DNA of 61,704 bases, filler included. It is 7 parts of 7 records of this genome, joined end to end, with 100 filler letters (N's around TTAATTAATTAA, not from the genome) between each part and the next. Parts side by side here need not be neighbours in the genome. Positions count along the whole stretch, not along the records: positions 38,376 to 53,170 come from SRR31156797_20489; 6 more parts are not named here. One strand, 5' to 3'. Shown piece by piece: positions 40,415 through 49,518 of the stretch. Under the pieces are notes generated by a model. It was not told the origin of the DNA and did no database searches. It worked only from the letters and a program-made list of their open reading frames with translations. A program made the position numbers and the translations under genes. Every line of letters begins with the position of its first letter. The first letter of the stretch is position 1.

Positions 40415-41224
40415 ATGAATAATATAAACGACAAAGAGCCAACATTGAGTGATGTGCAAAGGCTAAATGCGGTTTACTCAACAATTGAATTAAAAAAGAA
40501 TTTATATAACAACTTGAATGAAACACTTGATTCAAGATATCTTGATGCCTTATCAGAGTATAATGTTCATCAAATCTATAATCATGTCATATTAAAATAT
40601 TATCCCAATGAAGTAAGCGTAAAATCAACTTTTATCAACCAAGTACTACTAAAAGGGAAGTCACATATTAGTATATTCGAGTTACCTATAGTAAATAGTC
40701 GTGCAGATTTGTGCAAAATAAATGGTGAAAGTGTAGTATATGAGATTAAAACTGATTTAGATAATTTTACCAGGTTATCAAAACAAATCAACGATTACAA
40801 GAAGGTATTTGATAAAGTATATGTTATATGCTCAACAAATAGATTAGAACAAATGAAGAATCACATATCAAAAGATATTGGTATATATACTTATAGAATT
40901 ACTAAAAGTAGTCGCTATATATATAAGCTAGAGAGAAAAGCGCTAAAGAATGATAATTTGGATAACGAAGAGCAATTAAAGGTACTATGGAAAAAAGAAT
41001 TACGTGCCCTAGTAAATAACAGTATTGAATCAAAAGAAGAAATGATTGAATTTTTATTGAATACAATGGATAGAAACCAAATTAACAGCATATTTAAAGA
41101 ACAATTAAAGAAACGTTATCAGAAGAAGTGGGATTTCTTTAAGGAAAATCATGAACAATTACTTGAAATCGATTATCAATGGTTTTATAAAAATACATTC
41201 AATCCGGAATTCATATATCATTGA
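40415..41224 (+). CDS. sce7726-family PD-(D/E)xK nuclease-like protein
   Basis: FELPIVNSRADLCKING...VYEIKTDLDNFTRLSKQINDYKKVFDKVYVI. Confidence 0.82.
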   Translation: MNNINDKEPTLSDVQRLNAVYSTIELKKNLYNNLNETLDSRYLDALSEYNVHQIYNHVILKYYPNEVSVKSTFINQVLLKGKSHISIFELPIVNSRADLCKINGESVVYEIKTDLDNFTRLSKQINDYKKVFDKVYVICSTNRLEQMKNHISKDIGIYTYRITKSSRYIYKLERKALKNDNLDNEEQLKVLWKKELRALVNNSIESKEEMIEFLLNTMDRNQINSIFKEQLKKRYQKKWDFFKENHEQLLEIDYQWFYKNTFNPEFIYH

Positions 41225-42315
41225 TTTAAGTATTTGAATATTTGATGTATATATCGTCTAATACAAATATTTTTCCAAGTAGCCCAACTTCCATATTTAG
41301 GTATAGAGTCTATTTCTTTGTACCCTATACAATCGTTATTGATATCTAAAGTCTCTCTCATATCAAGCACTTTGGGCAATACATATTTGTAGCCCAGTAT
41401 GCCCATTTTTCTATTTTTATGAGTACATACCCAGAAATGGTTCTCGCTATAATCATAAAGTAGTGCAATTGCTGCACCTTCAGAAGGTTCTTTAATTGAA
41501 GGCAATTTATCTCTTATTCCACAGTAATCACCGAAACCGTTAAAAGTGTAATCCTCTATTATTAATCTTGCAGAAGTATCGATTAAATCAGTATACCCTG
41601 CCTCAGGATATTTGTTGTTATATATTTTAACTCGTACCGGAGAATTGAGCAGTATTTTGCATGCTTTTATATCCATATCTTCCAATTCAGACAATTCAGT
41701 AAATTTTGTATCAGGTTTCTGTTCCTGAATATCAAATAATAAAAAATCATTGTCCCTTAAATTGCTTTTTAATATTGTTTCATACTTATCTAAAAATTCT
41801 TCAGTAATTCTTAAAGCAATTTTGGTGTTTTTATTTTGCAAATCAGTAATAAAGGACTTTAACTCGCTCATAGCTAGCTCAAAACCTTTTTTTATTGAAA
41901 TAACCGGTATGAAATTTTGATATTTTGATACTTCATTCAATCTCTTCATGTATAAATCAAGATTATTATTTAGGTTGAATGATAACGCAACTTTATTAAC
42001 ATCTATATCTTTACCATATTTATCAATGGTAAACCTAAAAAAGTCTATAAATGCAAGTTTACTGTCCACTCTTTCGTTTATGCAGTCTAGTGTAACAATA
42101 TCATCTTCTGTGGGGTCTTCTTTTTCTCTTATTCTACGTTTACCGCATTGCTTATAAACATAATCACCAGTTTTTGGATTGATTTTAAAATCTAAATCAT
42201 ACTCATCATTTAATATTTCAATCAGGGGTATAATTGTATCTGAAAAACAATAATTAAGTGCTTTTGCAACTCTCATTTCTTCTTGCCTAGTTTTTAACAT
42301 TGGTACATATATCAT
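41218..42315 (-). CDS. Beta-family (P4 beta / sce7725-like) protein
   Basis: N-terminal MIYVPMLKTRQEE, IIPLIEI, IPVISI, IALRI, GFGDYCG, C-terminal GSWATWKNICIRRYI; start at 42315 after GGAGGT. Confidence 0.78.
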   Translation of the reverse strand: MIYVPMLKTRQEEMRVAKALNYCFSDTIIPLIEILNDEYDLDFKINPKTGDYVYKQCGKRRIREKEDPTEDDIVTLDCINERVDSKLAFIDFFRFTIDKYGKDIDVNKVALSFNLNNNLDLYMKRLNEVSKYQNFIPVISIKKGFELAMSELKSFITDLQNKNTKIALRITEEFLDKYETILKSNLRDNDFLLFDIQEQKPDTKFTELSELEDMDIKACKILLNSPVRVKIYNNKYPEAGYTDLIDTSARLIIEDYTFNGFGDYCGIRDKLPSIKEPSEGAAIALLYDYSENHFWVCTHKNRKMGILGYKYVLPKVLDMRETLDINNDCIGYKEIDSIPKYGSWATWKNICIRRYIHQIFKYLNQ

Positions 42316-42353
42316 CTCTCCCACCTCCATATTTCTTCTTTTGTATTTATATC

Positions 42354-43058
42354 CTAGTACACATTATAGTATTTAGGGTCTAACTCATAAAAATCCCATT
42401 GACCGTGGGTTTCATTGTAACCCACATATTTCTCCTTCATTTCAGCTAATGTCATAAGGTTATCAACACCTGAGTAAACATAAACTATAAATGTCTCTTG
42501 ACCAGTTTTATTACCATTATAAACGTATCTTAAAGTAAATATATAAGGTCTACCAGATTCATCCTCATTAGTTGTAAATCTATACTCATAGTTTGGATCT
42601 TTATCATTCCACCAATCTTCATAATGAAAAACCAGAATTTTTTTAGTAATTGAGTTTTTATTTAACCAAAATGTATTTGCTATTGTATAAGTTCTATCTA
42701 AGTCCTCTAAACTTATTTCTTCCAGCTCTCCTGTAAGACTAAAAATGACTTCCTCTTCTTCGGTATCTGGTAAAATCTTGCCAGTTGCATTATCCTTTAT
42801 AGCTTTTTGTATATGAAGTTTGACCTCAGTTATTTCTTCGTCTTTAAAACTTAGGCAATCCCAGTTTAGAGGGAAAATAATATGATCAGATGGCCAATTC
42901 TTAAATTCTCTAACAAATACTACCATTCTTGGTTCATAAACATTTACTCCAAAGCGTGGAGCAACATATGCTATTGTTACTGATACTATAATTGTAACTA
43001 TTGTTAGTATACATGCAATAAGACCTATTTTTATATCTCGCTTCTCATATATTGACAT
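42354..43058 (-). CDS. Hypothetical protein with an N-terminal membrane anchor
   Basis: Single hydrophobic helix at about aa 11-33, then a soluble domain. Confidence 0.7.
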   Translation of the reverse strand: MSIYEKRDIKIGLIACILTIVTIIVSVTIAYVAPRFGVNVYEPRMVVFVREFKNWPSDHIIFPLNWDCLSFKDEEITEVKLHIQKAIKDNATGKILPDTEEEEVIFSLTGELEEISLEDLDRTYTIANTFWLNKNSITKKILVFHYEDWWNDKDPNYEYRFTTNEDESGRPYIFTLRYVYNGNKTGQETFIVYVYSGVDNLMTLAEMKEKYVGYNETHGQWDFYELDPKYYNVY

Positions 43059-43388
43059 TTTAGTCTTGCTCTTCGGATTACTCCTTATGCTCTTTATATA
43101 GTTTACGAGTTTATAATATTCATTCTTAATAGTTTCACCTCTATATTTCCTATTTTGTATTAATATCCCACCTATATTTCAAAAAAAAATATTATGCCTA
43201 TATTGCTTATTATTTAATTTATATCCCCGCATCTATTACAGCATCTTTTAGTCTTTGAAAATTTTTAGAGTTACTATTCTTCGTTCTAGAATACCCTGAC
43301 AATGATTTCGGGGCAAAATCAGGTAACTTCCTTATTATCTGTTTATACTCTTTTTCAGCATTTTCCATCCCTATATGTTCCTGTACTG

Positions 43389-44280
43389 TTAACGTACTAT
43401 CTCAACAAATAATTCAGTCATATTGCTGTAGATATGTTTCCCTATTTCAATTATATATTCACCATCACCTGAGTACTCAACAATAAAGTAAGTGTCGTAT
43501 ACCGCACCAGAACGAATGTCTATTAGCCAATCGTTTGGATAATCATCATCAAGGTACATGCTGCGGTCTTCGTACTTGATACCGTCTTGTGAGAATACGT
43601 TGATATGAGTGCCCATCCATAAGTTTTGTGTTTTGTCACTGTTATTTTCTATAGTCACAGAAAAACTATTATACTATCTGACTAAACCCAATAATTATCA
43701 CAAGTAGCTACCTCGTAGCCTGTAAAAGTAACAAGAAGGCCATCTACATCAACAGGATAATTCAAAGAGGGCTTAGGGGTAGAAGTAGGCTCTGGTGTTG
43801 ACGTATTTGTGGGCGTAGGTTTAGGTGAGTTGGTTTGAGTAGGTGTAACTTCTTCTTGAATATGCACACCTTCCAATGTTGGGGTTGACTCTATAGTGGT
43901 TTTTTCACACCTGTATAACGAACAACAACAAATATTATTACCACTATAAGACCTGAAAAAATGTAGATACCAATTGGGGGTATATTTGTTAGTTGTTCGT
44001 CAGGATTTAAAACAGAGTCATTCACATTTTCTGAGCCTTGTAAATCTATTCTCTCTTTTTTTGTAATTGCTTCACGCTTCACGTTTTTCGTTGAAAGAAC
44101 TATGTTCAGTGCCATTTAGTTTATGGAAGTTCGCAATATTTTTTGCTCCAAGCATCATAAGTACGAAGCCAGTAAGAAGTATGATTAAAAATATGGCTCC
44201 TATTTAAAAAGCATAATAAAAGAACCTATTATTAAAAGTAGACCAATGTTAGTTTATACTGTTCCATTTTTTACATATTT
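43389..44280 (-). pseudogene. Fragmented membrane-anchored surface protein (TM, P/T linker, DUF4352-like domain)
   Basis: Collinear fragments in different frames; frameshifts at the A6 run (43900-43905) and the T5 run (about 43661-43665), plus in-frame TAG at 43682-43684; upstream limit approximate. Confidence 0.65.
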
Positions 44281-44447
44281 ATTTTTCAATTTACTACATC
44301 TTAATTATTTTTATGTTTAATTACCACTAACTAACTACTGTAATTATTACCAATCAATTTTCCTTGTTCCTAAACTGCCTATCATTTATCCTGTTTTATA
44401 TTTACTGTAGGTCTAAATCCATTTTGCTTCGTTTTTACGCATTGATA

Positions 44448-45911
44448 TTAATCCATAATGCTATCTATTAATAGTCTGCTGTCTTCGAACATCTGAGAAT
44501 AAGTGTATATTGTTTCAAACGCTTTTATTTCTTTTTGAGTTAATTCATAATCCAGCTTGGAGCCATCATCATTAAAAAATCTCATATATGGATTCTCTGC
44601 ATTGAGCACTTTTTCGTAATCGTCATCAAGTAAGTTGAGTTCACATCTTTCAGTTATTCCGTAATCTACTGTTCTGACTACATCATCATAGCTAAAAGAA
44701 TCGTATATGTACTCACTGTCGTTTACATATAACTTAACATTTTCCATAAAGAACCAAGAACTTCTTTTGAAGCCAATCTCAACACTCATGCCCAAGTCGA
44801 AGAATGGTATAAAGTGATTACTGTAGGATATTTCACTTAGCCCTTTAGCGAACAATGTATTATCTTCTTCTGTGAAATTGCTATATCCATACTCCAAATA
44901 TGTGTTTATGTACTCACTCATAACCGTTAGATTCTCTGTTATTACATCCCAATCGTTATTGGGAAGATATTCTTCTAGATACCACCTATTATCAACGACA
45001 AAGCTAATGGCATCTTCAATTTGAATTTGATTGGAGTAAAAAAGTATTCTGATTTCATTATAAGCCCTGAAGCATAACGCATTGTTAAATGCAGTGATAT
45101 TGGTGATGTTGTTTGAACTGATGAACAAATCCATGTCTTCAAAAACTGAATCTATGCCCTCTGATTTAATTAAATCCTCATACTCTTTAGACAAGAGGAA
45201 GTCGCTAAGCCTAACTTCAATATCTGCTTTTGCATTGATAAAACTATATTTGTCAAAGTAGGTGATTATTGTATTAGAATACTTTTCTTTATTATATCGT
45301 GATATTTCGTCGAAATCAGTTTCTAGTTTGCTAATAATCATATTTTCGAACTCTTCAAGTGCAAATTCTTTTAGAAATTCTTCATATTCTTCAAATTCGC
45401 TAAGTTCATCTTCCGCTATATTCCAAAATGATTGTGTGAATAGTGTGAGTTCACCGAAGTTAGTATTTAGTTCGTCTAAAAACTCTTGTTTTAGGCCTTC
45501 TTGCCTCTCTAATTCGATTTCTAATTCGATTTCTTGTCTAGCAGTTTCTCTTGACGCTGAATTATCGTTTACTTCCCCGGTAAGTGACTCGATATAATCA
45601 CCTACTATATAATTGAATGTCGAATCTATATCTTCAAAGTAAGATATAATTGAACTATCTGGTATTTGTATGTCGTCATTGTATGTCTTATACTCAGCGT
45701 CTATATGGCTTATCAGAATATTACGTAATTCCTCTTGCTGCTCTGTTGCAAATGCCTTTTCGTAGTTGTTTTCTAAAATTAGCTCATTTGCAGCATCATA
45801 TTCATATTTAGATAAGTGTGTTGTAATCTCGTTGTATGTTTCTTCGCTTATAGAGCAAGCGGAAAAAACTAGTACGATAGTTAAAAGTAAAATAACATGA
45901 ATTTTTTTCAT
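44448..45911 (-). CDS. Large acidic lipoprotein of unknown function
   Basis: MKKIHVILLLTIVLVFSA-C lipobox; very D/E-rich; start reassigned to 45911. Confidence 0.8.
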   Translation of the reverse strand: MKKIHVILLLTIVLVFSACSISEETYNEITTHLSKYEYDAANELILENNYEKAFATEQQEELRNILISHIDAEYKTYNDDIQIPDSSIISYFEDIDSTFNYIVGDYIESLTGEVNDNSASRETARQEIELEIELERQEGLKQEFLDELNTNFGELTLFTQSFWNIAEDELSEFEEYEEFLKEFALEEFENMIISKLETDFDEISRYNKEKYSNTIITYFDKYSFINAKADIEVRLSDFLLSKEYEDLIKSEGIDSVFEDMDLFISSNNITNITAFNNALCFRAYNEIRILFYSNQIQIEDAISFVVDNRWYLEEYLPNNDWDVITENLTVMSEYINTYLEYGYSNFTEEDNTLFAKGLSEISYSNHFIPFFDLGMSVEIGFKRSSWFFMENVKLYVNDSEYIYDSFSYDDVVRTVDYGITERCELNLLDDDYEKVLNAENPYMRFFNDDGSKLDYELTQKEIKAFETIYTYSQMFEDSRLLIDSIMD

Positions 45912-46123
45912 AATCATCTCTCCATTTTTGTTATTTATATTAATCACATATGCTAGATGTGTAATTTTTACTAATCAATTTTCCTTGTTTCTAAACTCCC
46001 CGTTTTTGCACCTAAACTAGCGGTAATTACCATGTATTTACATTGACATATATTACCTTGGGTTTTATTATACAATTTAATGAAATATTCACATATTAAA
46101 AAATATATATTAAATATATCTAC

Positions 46124-46166
46124 TTGACTACACAACACATAGAGCGTAGTATAGAACATACGTTCT
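46124..46166 (+). promoter_or_regulatory. SigA promoter with a perfect Firmicutes LexA box, pointing into the 3' end of cI
   Basis: TTGACT-N17-TAGTAT then AGAACATACGTTCT (46153-46166). Confidence 0.8.
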
Positions 46167-46196
46167 TTTAATAGAAAAATATAAGGGAGTACGAAT

Positions 46197-46343
46197 ATGA
46201 AGATGAAGAGAGAAGAAGGTACAATTACAATCAATAAATATCGCAACTGCACAAAACAACACAAAACAACTATTCGCCTCTTTCTAGCATTTTATTTATG
46301 GACTTTAAGAAAGCTTTCGCAATGCCCCTTTGGTCAGAACTAA
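46197..46343 (+). CDS. 48-aa SOS-controlled microprotein, candidate antirepressor (absent from the ORF track)
   Basis: AAGGGAG RBS; MKMKREEGTITINKYRNCTKQHKTTIRLFLAFYLWTLRKLSQCPFGQN; overlaps the cI 3' end antisense. Confidence 0.6.
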   Translation: MKMKREEGTITINKYRNCTKQHKTTIRLFLAFYLWTLRKLSQCPFGQN

Positions 46344-46611
46344 GCTCATTATACATTCTAAGAAACTCCTGCTCATCAGGTGTTAAATCACTCTCGTTTG
46401 AGGGTGATTTTTTATTGTCCGAAAGTCCTAAGAGGAAATCTGTGGAGCACTCAAACAAAGACGCTAACTTTTCTAATGTTAATGCATCTGGAATACTCAC
46501 ACCTCGTTCATACGAACTATATGTTTGGCGCTTAACCTTTAAGTAGTCGGCTACATCTTGTTGGCTATAAGGTGTGTTTTTTCGAGCTTTTTTTAAATTT
46601 TCACTTAGCAT
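46270..46611 (-). CDS. CI-like prophage repressor (XRE HTH plus short helical C-terminal domain, no S24 peptidase)
   Basis: SQQDVADYLKVKRQTYSSYERG...STDFLLG; divergent from cro; start is 46611 or 46629. Confidence 0.9.
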   Translation of the reverse strand: MLSENLKKARKNTPYSQQDVADYLKVKRQTYSSYERGVSIPDALTLEKLASLFECSTDFLLGLSDNKKSPSNESDLTPDEQEFLRMYNELSSDQRGIAKAFLKSINKMLERGE

Positions 46612-46635
46612 ATTATTCTCACAATACATTTATTG

Positions 46636-46763
46636 TAGCAAATAATAATTGCTAATACAATATATGAAATAATAAATTGCAATAAAGCAAATATACATTG
46701 CAATTAGTGTTGACAAAGCAATTATAATTTGCTATTATATGAATATAGCAATTTTAAATTGCG
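46636..46763. promoter_or_regulatory. Phage switch operator array (five GCAA-N7-TTGC sites) and lytic promoter
   Basis: Sites at 46636-46654, 46665-46681 (degenerate), 46686-46702, 46717-46734 and 46746-46763; TTGACA(46710)-N17-TATTAT(46733). Confidence 0.85.
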
Positions 46764-46770
46764 GAAAGGA

Positions 46771-46980
46771 GTGATTGTTCTGAGAAACTGGTTAGTGGAG
46801 CAACGTAAGAAATGTGGTCTCTCGCAATCTGAAGTTGCGAAAAAGGTGGGAGTGACTAGGCAGATGGTAAGCGCAATAGAGCGTGGTGAAAATCCGTCAG
46901 TGGACACAGCAAAGAAACTCGGTAAAGCACTTGATGTTGACTGGACAAGATTCTACGATGAAGAGAGAAAAGGGGCGTGA
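46771..46980 (+). CDS. Cro-like XRE regulator
   Basis: LSQSEVAKKVGVTRQMVSAIERGENPSV; start uncertain (GTG 46771 or CTG 46780 after AAGGAG). Confidence 0.88.
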   Translation: MIVLRNWLVEQRKKCGLSQSEVAKKVGVTRQMVSAIERGENPSVDTAKKLGKALDVDWTRFYDEERKGA

Positions 46981-46983
46981 TGG

Positions 46984-47106
46984 ATGCCATATTACAGCGA
47001 AGATGAACAAGAAGCCTTAAACCTATACAGAGAGTTAAAGCATAGAGAGACTGTAATAGCTAAATTGCTTTGCGTGATACTAAACCGAATATTAGAAAGG
47101 AATTAA
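46984..47106 (+). CDS. 40-aa microprotein homologous to the CI C-terminal domain (absent from the ORF track)
   Basis: AAGGGG RBS; MPYYSEDEQEALNLYRELKHRETVIAKLLCVILNRILERN; 15/36 ungapped identities with the CI C-terminus. Confidence 0.78.
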   Translation: MPYYSEDEQEALNLYRELKHRETVIAKLLCVILNRILERN

Positions 47107-47108
47107 TT

Positions 47109-47270
47109 ATGCCAAATGTTGAAGATTTAAAAGTGAATATATCCATGAAAAATTCCAGGAAATTTGAGAGGAAATGCAAGCAAGTTATTTCAGCGGTAAG
47201 CGAACTACAAGAGTGCATTAGTAGTTCTCCAGATGTGAAAAAATTGCTTGCATCATTCTTAGAATTCTAG
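47109..47270 (+). CDS. Small phage hypothetical protein
   Basis: GAAAGGA RBS, then MPNVEDLKV... Confidence 0.55.
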   Translation: MPNVEDLKVNISMKNSRKFERKCKQVISAVSELQECISSSPDVKKLLASFLEF

Positions 47271-47560
47271 TTTTTTTGTGCGTATAAGGTGCCTGCAGTG
47301 CTAAGCATATCTCCCCATGAATCGAACGAAGTCACACTACTAATGTACTCGTCAAAATCTTCATCGGGTATAGCTTTAAAATCTTCCTGTGATTTCACTG
47401 TCCACTTACTGTTATTAAGCAGGTCGTAAAATGAAGAGAACTTTGAGTGCTTTTGCATGAAAGACTTTGTGAAGAGTTCCGAAAACTCAAACTCACCTGA
47501 TAAGCTTTGAATTCTATCGTTGAGTTCTTTTAATACAGAGTCATCAAATTCGAAAGACAT
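47267..47560 (-). CDS. Phage hypothetical protein on the antisense strand of the early lytic operon
   Basis: AAAGGGG RBS; MSFEFDD...ELFTKSFMQKHSKFSSF...FDSWGDML. Confidence 0.7.
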   Translation of the reverse strand: MSFEFDDSVLKELNDRIQSLSGEFEFSELFTKSFMQKHSKFSSFYDLLNNSKWTVKSQEDFKAIPDEDFDEYISSVTSFDSWGDMLSTAGTLYAQKN

Positions 47561-47635
47561 AAATTTCCCCCTTTCTATATTACTTGCCATAAATAGTAAC
47601 ATATATGGAAAATAACGACAAGAAAGGAGAAACAC

Positions 47636-48391
47636 TTGGAACAATTAACCAAGACATTATCTAGCCTAGAAGTGGCTGAAATGGTAGGAAAGCAGCACAA
47701 GGAATTGTTGAGAGACATAAGAACTTATATTTCTCACCTTAACGAGAGCAAAGATGCGCTGGTTGTAGGAGAGCGCAAAATTGCGCTTACCGATTTTTTT
47801 ATTGAAAGTTGCTACAAAACTTTACAAAACAAAAAACTACCATGTTACCTGTTAACCAAAAAAGGTTGTGAACTCGTAGCTAATAAACTAACAGGTGAAA
47901 AGGGAACTAGATTTACTGCAACATATGTTAATAAGTTTAACGAGATGGAACAGCAGAATATTTCAGTAGAACAGTTACTGCAAGACCCTGACACAATCAT
48001 CAGGTTGGCGACTAACTGGAAAGAAGAGAAAACCAAAAGGTTGATGCTGGAAGAAAAGATAGAGCAGGACAAGCCGTATACAGAATTCGGTATCGCTATT
48101 GGTAATGCAAGTGAAGCAGTAAAGATTGGTACATTTGCTAAATCACTCGCTAATGCAGGCATTGACACAGGACAAAATCGACTTTTTAAATGGCTAAGGG
48201 TGAACGGTTACTTAGAAAGCAATAACGAGCCTTACCAAAGGTATGTATCAATGGGATTGTTCAAAATAAAAGTTAATAAAGTGAAACCAGCATATGGCGA
48301 TCCTTTCTTTACTTATACAACATTAATTACAGGTAAAGGACAAAAGTATTTCTATGAAAAGCTGAAAGTAAAAAAGCAGAAAGGAGCATAA
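47636..48391 (+). CDS. Phage antirepressor, Rha N-terminal domain plus ANT/KilAC C-terminal domain
   Basis: LSSLEVAEMVGKQHKELLRDI, YLLTKKGCELVANKLTGEKG; TGQNRLFKWLR...ITGKGQKYF; TTG start after AAAGGAG. Confidence 0.92.
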   Translation: MEQLTKTLSSLEVAEMVGKQHKELLRDIRTYISHLNESKDALVVGERKIALTDFFIESCYKTLQNKKLPCYLLTKKGCELVANKLTGEKGTRFTATYVNKFNEMEQQNISVEQLLQDPDTIIRLATNWKEEKTKRLMLEEKIEQDKPYTEFGIAIGNASEAVKIGTFAKSLANAGIDTGQNRLFKWLRVNGYLESNNEPYQRYVSMGLFKIKVNKVKPAYGDPFFTYTTLITGKGQKYFYEKLKVKKQKGA

Positions 48392-48393
48392 CA

Positions 48394-48624
48394 GTGAAAT
48401 TATCAGTACCAGAAACAGCAAAGATACTTGAATGCTCACCAGACCATGTAAGGCAGAGCATGAAGCAGGGCAATTTGAATATTGGCTCATGGGCGCAGCA
48501 CTCAGGGAGATGCTCATACAATATTCAGTCTGGCGCATTGGCAAGACACATGAATGTGGCAGAGCAGGTAATCATAACAATAGTTTTGAAGATGAGAGAT
48601 GAAAAAAATCTAGAGGTCGCATAA
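48394..48624 (+). CDS. Small excisionase-like HTH protein
   Basis: LSVPETAKILECSPDHVRQSMKQG..IG. Confidence 0.65.
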   Translation: MKLSVPETAKILECSPDHVRQSMKQGNLNIGSWAQHSGRCSYNIQSGALARHMNVAEQVIITIVLKMRDEKNLEVA

Positions 48625-48739
48625 GCAACCTCAAAACAGAAACGAAAAGTGAGAGGGGAGTGATAGGGCAAAAAGTGAGAGTGAATGAGGAATTCAATAG
48701 GCTATACCAATATATTAGCAGAAAGGAGGAAGTGAAAAC

Positions 48740-49306
48740 ATGACACAAACAGCCCTAAATACACCAGTAAGCGGACAATGTATTACAGGTTCTGTGTACA
48801 AGCGAAAAATACATGCTGTAGGTAAGACGATTACTCAGTTTGTTGATGAACTTAATAACAGAAGCTTACCATACTGTGAGCGCAATGTACGAAAAAAGCT
48901 AAGTGACAATGAGCCGGGGGAGCCATCACCAGAAATGGTAGCAATAATGGTTGAAGAACTGGGATTTGATTACGAATTAGCTTATATGTATCTGAGAGAT
49001 AATCCTGTGGCTAAGTTAATATTACCGGAGAAGGTAAGTAAAAAGCCCTTAGCCCAAGTGGCTATAACGCTGATGGTAGTTTCGGATATGATGCAGAGTA
49101 AAAGCAAGATGCTGCTAGAGATAGCTACAGATGGGGTAATCTCGCCAGATGAGGAAGAACAATTTGATGAGTACATGGAAACCATGGATAAAATGATGGC
49201 ATCGTGCCTTGAATTGTTATTTATAGATGGTGTGAAGTACAAAATGAAAAAGAACGGATTACAGATGCCCGGTCACCAAACTAAGCACTGTAATTCCATT
49301 CCTTAA
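48740..49306 (+). CDS. Phage regulatory (CII-like) protein
   Basis: HTH-like N-terminus and LLEIATDGVISPDEEEQF motif; strong RBS. Confidence 0.6.
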   Translation: MTQTALNTPVSGQCITGSVYKRKIHAVGKTITQFVDELNNRSLPYCERNVRKKLSDNEPGEPSPEMVAIMVEELGFDYELAYMYLRDNPVAKLILPEKVSKKPLAQVAITLMVVSDMMQSKSKMLLEIATDGVISPDEEEQFDEYMETMDKMMASCLELLFIDGVKYKMKKNGLQMPGHQTKHCNSIP

Positions 49307-49344
49307 AGACAACCAAATTATATCACGAAAGGGGATATAGCACA

Positions 49345-49518
49345 ATGCCAAAAGAAAAACACTGGAACGGATGCTTTAATTCTAAGGAAAGCAAACATGT
49401 ACCTAAGCATACAAAGACAAGATGTCGCTTTTGTGGTGAATATGGATATGTAGTATGCCCTGAATGTGTGAAAGAAATAAATGCTTCAATTGGAAATTCG
49501 AAGGAAGTGGCTGTATGA
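49345..49518 (+). CDS. 57-aa zinc-ribbon phage protein (absent from the ORF track)
   Basis: AAAGGGG RBS; CRFC...CPEC; ATGA overlap with the next gene. Confidence 0.65.
   Translation: MPKEKHWNGCFNSKESKHVPKHTKTRCRFCGEYGYVVCPECVKEINASIGNSKEVAV

Noticed and set aside
46250-46270. ACAAAACAAC tandem repeat, and the 12-bp repeat near 45508-45534
   Set aside because: Only two copies each, inside coding sequence; no evidence of function
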